Below, in pieces: positions 20,622 to 26,878 of a stretch of 35,070 nt of DNA. Under the pieces are notes generated by a model. It was not told the origin of the DNA. It made no database searches and saw nothing but the letters and a program-made list of their open reading frames with translations. Made by a program: the position numbers and the translations under genes. Within the stretch, counting starts at the first letter, position 1. Every line of letters begins with the position of its first letter. The DNA comes from Flavobacteriales bacterium (GTDB lineage Bacteria > Bacteroidota > Bacteroidia > Flavobacteriales_F > PHOS-HE28): assembly GCA_034002325.1 (NCBI GenBank), contig JAVFAQ010000001.1:1-35070 (forward strand), written 5' to 3'.

Positions 20622-20886
20622 GGTCGTTGGGGGGATCAGATGATTCGTCGATCAGATGATCAGGGACTCGACCGGACTTCCGGTCCGGGTCGGAGCTGCA
20701 AAGATCGGTCATTTGTCCCGGGGGCGGATGACAGCGGTCAGCCCTGCCCGGAACGGCTCAGGGGCTTGCCACGCATGCCCATCGCGCAAGGCCCCGGCTT
20801 TCGGCCTGCAAACCCGCCGCCCGGTGGACGCGGGTGTAGCCATCCGGTCCACCCGTGTCCATCCGGGCACAAAGCGGCAACCCGGA

Positions 20887-21296
20887 TCAGCCTTTCACCA
20901 GCGGAACACCGTATGCCTCGAAATGCGGATCGGCCGTGAGCAAGTGCATGCCCTCATGCTTCGCTTGGGCGATCAGCATGTGCTTCATCCCGCCACAGCG
21001 GGGCGGTCAAAGGGATCGCGGTGGTGGAGGGGGAGCGAAGCAACCGCCAGGAAGTGTTCTTCTTTGATGGGAGTTGTCAGGAAGCCGGCGTCACCGATCA
21101 ACTTGAATGTCGTGGCCAGGCCCTGGTCGAGCCTCAGCTTCCCGATGGATGACTTGATCGCGATTTCCCAGAACGATACATGACTGACGAAATGCGCTTC
21201 AGGTGATCGTTCGATCTGGTCGCGGACCGAGGGCGCAAGCCTCCTGTCGAGGGATTGGAACCAGAGCAGCACATGGGTGTCGAGCAACACGCTCAT
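20887..21296 (-). pseudogene. vapC: PIN-domain (VapC-type) toxin gene, frameshifted near the 3' end
   Basis: The 103-aa ORF (21296->20985) ends ...HHRDPFDRPAVAG*. The canonical continuation MLIAQAKHEGMHLLTADPHFEAYGVPLVKG* is encoded in another frame at 20979->20887. Removing the 23 nt at 20980-21002 restores FDR-MLIAQA in one frame. Confidence 0.7.
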
Positions 21297-21502
21297 TCCA
21301 TGTATTCCTTGAAGTCGTCCAGCGGGGCATCAAAATCGTCCGCGATCCAGATCTTGCCCTTCATCAGGCCGGCGATGCGCTTCTTCGGTTCTTGCTCAGG
21401 TATAGGTTGGCCAGCGAGGAGGGCCTCGATGTATGCGAGTACCTTCTTGCGCAAGCCCTCCGGCAAGGAATTGAACTTCACGAAAAGGTCGGCACTGGAC
21501 AT
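21293..21502 (-). CDS. DUF2281-type antitoxin partner of the PIN toxin
   Basis: 69 aa. The C-terminal KGKIWIADDFDAPLDDFKEYME motif is typical of DUF2281 antitoxins. ATGA stop/start overlap with the PIN gene. Confidence 0.7.
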   Translation of the reverse strand: MSSADLFVKFNSLPEGLRKKVLAYIEALLAGQPIPEQEPKKRIAGLMKGKIWIADDFDAPLDDFKEYME

Positions 21503-21536
21503 AGTGCGAAGTTAGGTCATCCGGGTGCGGTCCGCT

Positions 21537-21833
21537 TCAGCCGCGCGCATAGATCAGTTGCTTGTCGCGGTCCACATAAGGCTTCACGTGCGGGCTCAGG
21601 CCCTTGGTGGTCACCAGGTCCACGGAGCGGGAGAGCAGGGCTTCCAGGTCCAGGCCCATTTGGATGAAGTGCAGGCCGATGGGCTGGCTGTGGTCCAGTT
21701 CCACCAGGATGTCCACGTTGCTACGTTCATCCGCCATGCCGCGCGCGAACGAACCGAACAGATAGGCCTGCTTCACGGGTTGGCCCGCGAAGTAGGTCCT
21801 CAGTTGGGCCAGTGCCTGCTCGTTCAACTGCAT
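21537..21833 (-). CDS. Minimal nucleotidyltransferase (MntA-like), no HepT/DUF86 partner present
   Basis: 98 aa. The LFGSFARG...NVDILVEL pattern is the GSxxRG...DxD pol-beta NTase signature of MNT antitoxins. Confidence 0.75.
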   Translation of the reverse strand: MQLNEQALAQLRTYFAGQPVKQAYLFGSFARGMADERSNVDILVELDHSQPIGLHFIQMGLDLEALLSRSVDLVTTKGLSPHVKPYVDRDKQLIYARG

Positions 21834-21896
21834 GCGTCTTCGTCCCGATCTGTCGGGAGAGCGAAGGTAGCGGAGAGGTGTCTGGCGGGCTATCCG

Positions 21897-22223
21897 AAGT
21901 AGCCCGCACCCTGAGGCCTTGCGAAGGGGAGGACTACTGCGGAAAGCCCGACCCGAGGCTTTGCGAGGGCACCCGCCTTCGGCAGGCAGGCGCCCACACC
22001 TCGGCCGCGCTCGGCGTGGTACCTGCCCGTCATGCCATTTTCCGATCCTCTGATCCTCTAATTATCTGATCGCCCTATTCCACCCACGAGTTCCAGTACT
22101 TCCCATCATCGATCTTCAGCGCCTCCTCGGTCACCATCAGCGGCTTGAAGGTATCCACCATCACGGCGCGCTCGTCGGTCTTCGTTTTGCCGATGCTGCG
22201 TTCCATGGCGCCGGGCTGCGGGC
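21897..22223. repeat. Direct repeat copy 1 (REP-rich flank + orphan hmgA 3' end)
   Basis: Matches 24220-24548 in the same orientation. I count 7 substitutions and 2 one-base indels. A further 12-nt match (atgtgcagggtg, 22227-22238 vs 24566-24577) follows a short gap. Confidence 0.9.
22076..22223 (-). pseudogene. hmgA: Orphan 3' fragment of homogentisate 1,2-dioxygenase (last ~49 codons)
   Basis: Encodes PGAMERSIGKTKTDERAVMVDTFKPLMVTEEALKIDDGKYWNSWVE*, nearly identical to the C-terminus of the intact gene at 24400-25557. No start codon and no upstream hmgA sequence. Confidence 0.85.
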
Positions 22224-22258
22224 AGCATGTGCAGGGTGTGCGAGTGAGGCAGATCCAC

Positions 22259-22266
22259 TAATTTTG
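22259..22266 (+). promoter_or_regulatory. -7 promoter box TAATTTTG for the wHTH-NTase pair, followed by tandem CGTGAAT x2 (22272-22285)
   Basis: Perfect TAnnTTTG 20 nt upstream of ATG 22287. The 7-mer tandem repeat lies between the box and the ATG. Confidence 0.5.
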
Positions 22267-22286
22267 CGATTCGTGAATCGTGAATC

Positions 22287-22799
22287 ATGGATACGCACAA
22301 GGGCATGCGCCCACAGGACGTAGCGGTGTTGCTGAAGATCGTGGCCTTGGGCAACGACGACTGGCGGGGCATCGACCTGGCGCATGCGCTGCGCCTGAGC
22401 CCGGCCGAGGTGAGCAACTCGCTGAAGCGTTCCGCCATGGCCGGCCTGGTGGACGGCACCAAGCGCCGCGTGTCGAGAGCCGCGCTGCTGGAGTTCCTCA
22501 AGCACGGCCTGCCGTACGTGTTCCCCGTGCGGCCCGGTGGGTTGGTGCGTGGCGTGCCGACCGCGCACGCGGCCGCGCCCCTTCGCACGAAATTCCTGAC
22601 CGCCGATGCCTACGTGTGGCCCTACGCCAAGGGCGACCAGCAGGGGCAGGCCATTGTGCCACTGTACCCCGGTGCCGTTGCTGCCGCACTCGACGACCCC
22701 AAGCTGCACGAACTGCTGGCGTTGGCCGATGCCCTGCGCACCGGTCGCGCCCGCGAACGCGCCGAGGCCGGGAAAGAACTGGCCAAGCGCCTGAAGTGA
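22287..22799 (+). CDS. Winged-helix DNA-binding protein, putative AbiEi-like antitoxin/regulator
   Basis: 170 aa. N-terminal wHTH-like segment (QDVAVLLKIVALG ... IDLAHALRLSPAEVSNSLKRSAMAGLV). The stop overlaps the next start (TGATG). Confidence 0.6.
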   Translation: MDTHKGMRPQDVAVLLKIVALGNDDWRGIDLAHALRLSPAEVSNSLKRSAMAGLVDGTKRRVSRAALLEFLKHGLPYVFPVRPGGLVRGVPTAHAAAPLRTKFLTADAYVWPYAKGDQQGQAIVPLYPGAVAAALDDPKLHELLALADALRTGRARERAEAGKELAKRLK

Positions 22800-23485
22800 T
22801 GCGCGACGCGGTGAATATCCAGGCCGTGCAGATCGTGGCCGATGGCTTGCGCGACCTGCGCGATCAGGTGGTCTTCGTGGGCGGCGCCGTGATCAGCCTC
22901 TATGCGGACGACCCGGGTGCCGATACGCCGCGCCCCACATCGGACATCGATCTCGTGATCGAAGTGGCAGGCTATTCGGCCTACGCAAAATTGGAGGAGC
23001 GCCTCGCGCAACTCGGCTTCCGCCACACACCGGAAGAGCCGGTCAACTGCCGCTACCGCTTCCACGGGGTCACGGTGGACATCATGCCTACCGATGTGCC
23101 CGCGCTGATGCCCACCAACCGCTGGTACCTGCCGGGCATGCGGCATGTTGTGCGCACAACCCTGCCCGACGGCAGCGCGCTCGCGGTGCTCACCGTGCCC
23201 TACTTCCTCGGCACCAAGTTCGAGGCACACAAGGACCGCGGCCGCGACCTGCGCACCAGCAAGGACTTCGAGGACATCGTCTTCATCCTTGATGCACGCT
23301 TGCGATTGGAAGAGGAAGTGGCCACCGCTCCGGAAGAGATACGCGACTACCTCCAGCGTGCGGCCCAAGCCTTGTTGAAGAATCCCGCAACGCGCGAAGC
23401 CATCGAAGGGCACCTTTCGCCGCACATCGCCACGGAGCGGGCGGCGGTGCTATTGGAACGATTGCGGGCGATGGCGGGGGAGTGA
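22799..23485 (+). CDS. Nucleotidyltransferase, AbiEii/AbiGii-like putative toxin
   Basis: 228 aa. FVGGAVISLY-x13-SDIDLVIE (G-G/S ... DxD pol-beta NTase core). The downstream FLGTKFEAHKDRG...SKDFEDIVFIL resembles the conserved Lys/Asp motif of AbiEii proteins. Translationally coupled to the wHTH gene. Confidence 0.6.
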   Translation: MRDAVNIQAVQIVADGLRDLRDQVVFVGGAVISLYADDPGADTPRPTSDIDLVIEVAGYSAYAKLEERLAQLGFRHTPEEPVNCRYRFHGVTVDIMPTDVPALMPTNRWYLPGMRHVVRTTLPDGSALAVLTVPYFLGTKFEAHKDRGRDLRTSKDFEDIVFILDARLRLEEEVATAPEEIRDYLQRAAQALLKNPATREAIEGHLSPHIATERAAVLLERLRAMAGE

Positions 23486-23610
23486 TGCCTCTTCGGGCCG
23501 CAGGCTTGCCTGCCGGAGGCAGGGGCGTCGTCCTCCCTGTGCAAGGCCGGAAGCACGACAGGTCTTGCGGAGGGGGAAGTGCAGGTCAATAGCTACGCCG
23601 GTGCGGGCGA

Positions 23611-24183
23611 TCATGGCAGCCGCTTACGCACCATTTCGTAGACCTCGTGGTCGTCATCTGCTATACCGGCTCGCGATGGGACCAGTAAGAGTCCTTCTCC
23701 ATCCGTCCAGTACAGTTGGAGTTCCTTCCCCATGAAAGTGTCTCCTTGGGCAAAGAGTGTGTCAATCGAGTTGTTGCGGGCAAGCATCAGAGTTGTACCA
23801 ACGCTGTCGTTGCTCAGAAAGAACTCGCCCTTGTCCGTTCGGTCATGCACGGTATCCGCGTACTTCTCGGTCCAAATGAACACCTTGGAGCTTTTCAGCT
23901 CAAGCTGGATGTGTCGGTCCAAGGATTCCGCACCGTACCAGCAGGTATCAGGTCTCCGATTCATCCAGAGCAGAGAGTCGACCCAGATCCCGGTGATGTC
24001 CTCGACCGTGGTTTCGCGTCCATCACCCTTAAGGTCGCATTGTACCTTGTTCCGCATGACGTAACGAAGCGACAATTGGGCATTGGTTGAATCTCTTGAT
24101 CGCTCGCCCTTGAGCGATGGTGATTCGCCGCACCCCGCAATAACAGAGGCAATCGCAAAAGCCCAGAGCAATGGCTTATTCAT
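23611..24183 (-). CDS. Lipoprotein of unknown function (compositionally atypical)
   Basis: Lipobox signal MNKPLLWAFAIASVIAGC at the internal ATG 24183. The 47 upstream codons of the listed ORF run into the repeat. G+C is visibly lower than in neighbouring genes. No family recognised. Confidence 0.65.
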   Translation of the reverse strand: MNKPLLWAFAIASVIAGCGESPSLKGERSRDSTNAQLSLRYVMRNKVQCDLKGDGRETTVEDITGIWVDSLLWMNRRPDTCWYGAESLDRHIQLELKSSKVFIWTEKYADTVHDRTDKGEFFLSNDSVGTTLMLARNNSIDTLFAQGDTFMGKELQLYWTDGEGLLLVPSRAGIADDDHEVYEMVRKRLP

Positions 24184-24219
24184 GTCACCAATGCATGGCT
24201 CCGCGTGAGGGATAGGAGC

Positions 24220-24548
24220 AAGTAGCCCGCACCCTGAGACCTTGCGAAGGGGAGGACTACTGCGGATAGCCCGACTCCGAGGCTTTGCGAGGGGCACCCG
24301 CCTTCGGCAGGCAGGCGCCCACACCTCGGCCGCGCTCGGCGTGGTGCCTGCCCGTCATGCCATTTTCCGACCCTCTGATCCTCTAATTATCTGATCGCCC
24401 TATTCCACCCACGAGTTCCAGTACTTCCCGTCGTCGATCTTCAGCGCCTCCTCGGTCACCATCAGCGGCTTGAAGGTATCCACCATCACGGCGAGCTCGT
24501 CGGTCTTCGTTTTGCCGATGCTGCGTTCCATGGCGCCGGGCTGCGGGC
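24220..24548. repeat. Direct repeat copy 2 (REP-rich flank + 3' end of the intact hmgA)
   Basis: See copy 1 at 21897-22223. Confidence 0.9.
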
Positions 24549-25557
24549 CGTGCGGGATGCCGGCGATGTGCAGGGTGATGTCGCCCTGGTCGATGTCGTT
24601 GCGGCTCATGAAATCGCCGTCCACGTAGTAGAGCACTTCGTCGCTGTCGATGTTGCTGTGGTTGTACGGTGCGGGGATGGCCTGCGGGTGGTAGTCGTAG
24701 AGGCGCGGGCAGAAGCTGCACACCACGAAGGCATCGGTCTCGAAGGTCTGGTGTACGGGCGGCGGCTGGTGTACGCGACCGGTGATCGGCTCGAAGTCGC
24801 GGATGTTGAAGGCGTACGGGTAGTTGTAGCCGTCCCAGCCCACCACGTCGAAGGGGTGCGTGGCGTAGATCAGCTCGTGCAGCACGCCCTGCTTCTTCAC
24901 CAGCATGCGGAAATCGCCTTTTTCATCGTGCGTCTCCAGGTCCTTCGGGCGGCGGATGTCGCGCTCGCAGAAGGGGCTGTGCTCCAGCAGTTGGCCGAAC
25001 CAGTTGCGGTAGCGCTTGGGCGTGTACACGGGGCGGTGGCTCTCCACGATGAAGTGGCGGTTCTCGGCACCGTCGAACTCCATGGTGTAGATCATGCCGC
25101 GTGGCACCAGCAGGTAGTCGCCGTAGCCGAACTCCAGGGTGCCCAGCAGGGTGCGCAGGCGGCCGGTGCCCTGGTGGATGAAGATCATCTCATCGCAGTC
25201 GGCGTTCTTGTAGAAGTAGTCCACGCTTTTGGCGGTGGGCGCGGAGAGGATGATCTGCACGTCGCTGTTGACCAGGATCGGCTTGCGGCTTTCGAGGTGA
25301 TCGGCCACCGGCGCCACTTTGAAGCCGTGCAGGCGCATGGCGCGCATGTTCTTCTCGATCGCGATCTTGGGGGTGAGGTCGGTGCTGCCCACGATCTTCT
25401 TCACCTGCGTGGGGCGATGCACGTGGTACAGCAGGGAGCTCATGCCGTCGAAGCCGACGGTGCCGAAGAGCTGCTCGTAGTAGTGCCTGCCTTCCGGGCT
25501 TTGGTGGATGGTGTGCCGCTTGTGCGGGATGTTGCCGAGGGTGTGGTAGATGGGCAT
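24400..25557 (-). CDS. hmgA: Homogentisate 1,2-dioxygenase
   Basis: 385 aa, HGD-like throughout (MPIYHTLGNIPHKRHT, LLYHVHRPTQV, GDYLLVPRGMIY, HIAGIPHGPQPG). Confidence 0.93.
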   Translation of the reverse strand: MPIYHTLGNIPHKRHTIHQSPEGRHYYEQLFGTVGFDGMSSLLYHVHRPTQVKKIVGSTDLTPKIAIEKNMRAMRLHGFKVAPVADHLESRKPILVNSDVQIILSAPTAKSVDYFYKNADCDEMIFIHQGTGRLRTLLGTLEFGYGDYLLVPRGMIYTMEFDGAENRHFIVESHRPVYTPKRYRNWFGQLLEHSPFCERDIRRPKDLETHDEKGDFRMLVKKQGVLHELIYATHPFDVVGWDGYNYPYAFNIRDFEPITGRVHQPPPVHQTFETDAFVVCSFCPRLYDYHPQAIPAPYNHSNIDSDEVLYYVDGDFMSRNDIDQGDITLHIAGIPHGPQPGAMERSIGKTKTDELAVMVDTFKPLMVTEEALKIDDGKYWNSWVE

Positions 25558-25574
25558 TTTGGCGGTGCGGGTTG

Positions 25575-25594
25575 GGGCGCGAAATTTCGCGCCC
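25575..25594. promoter_or_regulatory. Perfect 20-bp palindrome GGGCGCGAAATTTCGCGCCC between the trhO stop and the hmgA start
   Basis: Self-complementary over all 20 nt. It abuts the trhO stop codon (25595-25597) and ends 17 nt upstream of the hmgA ATG. It is either the trhO terminator stem or an hmgA operator. Confidence 0.5.
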
Positions 25595-26764
25595 TTACTT
25601 TCTGTTGAGGGTGATATCCATCAGCTCGGGATGCAGGGTGCCGTTCCGCGCGAGCAGTTCCTCCTCCTCGCGGATCCGCTTCCGCAGACCTTCCGGATCG
25701 TTGATGGCCTTGGTCTTCGTGCTGCGGGTGCTGCGGCCTTTCCGCCACTCGCGTTGCGCTTCGATGGGCAGTTGATGGATCTCGCGGCAGCTCGGCGAGC
25801 AGCAGTGGGCGTACTTGGTCGCGCAGGCTTCGCACTGCACCAGCAGCATGTTGCAGGTGGCCTCGTGGCAGTTGGTGATGCGGTCGCTGGCGGTGCCGCA
25901 CTGCATGCAGGTGCTCACCACATCGTCGGTGATGCGTTCGGCCAGGCGCTCGTCGAACACGAAGTTCTGGCCCTTGTACTTGCTGGGCAGTCCTTCGGCC
26001 TTCAACTGCCGTGCATAATCGATGATGCCCCCGTGCAGCTGCGCCACGTTGGTGAAGCCGTGATGCTTCAGGTAAGCGCTGGCCTTTTCGCAGCGGATGC
26101 CGCCGGTGCAGTAGAGGAGTATTTCCGGTGATCTTGTGTGTCGACCCTTGGGGTCGACGGTACGGGTGCCGCGATCGAGGCCTTGCGGGTCAGGTGATCG
26201 CAGCATCCCCACCACCTCATCTATGGCCCCTCGGAAGGTATCCGCTTTCGGCAGGTAGGCGCCCTCGAAATGCCCGATCACGCTCTCGTAGTTGTTGCGC
26301 ATGTCGATCACCAGCGCGCCTTCCTCCATCTTCCGGTTGAAGGTCTTCGCATCCAGGTGCGCGCCCACGTCGGTCACGTCGAAGGCATCGTCGGCCAGGC
26401 CGTCGGCCACGATCTTCTTCCGCACCTTGATGATGAGCTTCAGGAAGCTCCTGCCATCGTCCTCCACGGCGATCTTCCACGGCACATCACGGAAGGCGGT
26501 CCGGCCATCGAGGTCGCGTCGGAAGGCATCGAGCCGTTCGGTGGGCACGCTCACCTGGGCGTTGATGCCCTCCTGCGCGAGGTAGACGCGCCCCAGCACG
26601 CCCAAGGCTTGCCACGCCTGGTACAGTGCGTTGCGAAGGTCCCCGACCTCGCGCAGCCGCACGTAGCGGTAGAAGCTCAACGTGGTGCGCGGCACGCCTT
26701 CGCGCTCCTGTTCGGCGCGGAGCTGCTCCGGGCTTTTCAGGTTGCGCAGGCGGTGCGGGTCCAT
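25595..26764 (-). CDS. trhO: Rhodanese-domain tRNA uridine(34) hydroxylase TrhO (YceA/UPF0176 family) with Cys-rich C-terminal region
   Basis: LSFYRYV N-terminal domain, rhodanese active-site loop YCTGGIRCEKA, C-terminal Cys cluster (CMQCG...CHEATC...CEAC...CCSPSC). Start at ATG 26764. The 689-aa listed ORF is an upstream read-through artefact. Confidence 0.85.
   Translation of the reverse strand: MDPHRLRNLKSPEQLRAEQEREGVPRTTLSFYRYVRLREVGDLRNALYQAWQALGVLGRVYLAQEGINAQVSVPTERLDAFRRDLDGRTAFRDVPWKIAVEDDGRSFLKLIIKVRKKIVADGLADDAFDVTDVGAHLDAKTFNRKMEEGALVIDMRNNYESVIGHFEGAYLPKADTFRGAIDEVVGMLRSPDPQGLDRGTRTVDPKGRHTRSPEILLYCTGGIRCEKASAYLKHHGFTNVAQLHGGIIDYARQLKAEGLPSKYKGQNFVFDERLAERITDDVVSTCMQCGTASDRITNCHEATCNMLLVQCEACATKYAHCCSPSCREIHQLPIEAQREWRKGRSTRSTKTKAINDPEGLRKRIREEEELLARNGTLHPELMDITLNRK
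26140..26169. repeat. Palindromic element GTCGACCCTTGGGGTCGACGGTACGGGTGC inside the trhO coding sequence, copy 2 of 2
   Basis: 27/30 identical to 8967-8996. Translated in frame as part of ...DRGTRTVDPKGRH... just upstream of the CTGGIRC loop. Confidence 0.8.
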
Positions 26765-26854
26765 GCGACGAAGGTACGGTGCACGGAACGCCGCCTCGGC
26801 CCGATGATCCCTGCCTGCCGGCCGGTCGGGCGTGCCGGTGCGCCGCGCTGCGCA

Positions 26855-26862
26855 TAGATTTG
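26855..26862 (+). promoter_or_regulatory. -7 promoter box TAGATTTG for tdh
   Basis: Perfect TAnnTTTG 16 nt upstream of ATG 26879. Confidence 0.5.
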
Positions 26863-26878
26863 CCGGCCCGGTCCACCC

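Noticed and set aside
16552-20712. 1386-aa ORF on the minus strand
   Set aside because: It is antisense to the well-supported decarboxylase gene and out of frame with hppD. It has low-complexity composition and no recognisable motifs.
22106-22709. Minus-strand ORFs 22106-22588 and 22161-22709 that might have extended the hmgA fragment into a gene
   Set aside because: Neither is in the frame of the hmgA remnant beyond 22238, and both are antisense to the wHTH gene. hmgA similarity stops at the repeat boundary.
20622-24399. Search for an integrase, transposase or recombinase that could explain the islet
   Set aside because: No ORF in any frame shows tyrosine/serine recombinase, DDE or HUH motifs that I can recognise. 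The islet is therefore reported as lacking an identifiable mobility gene rather than being called a mobile element.
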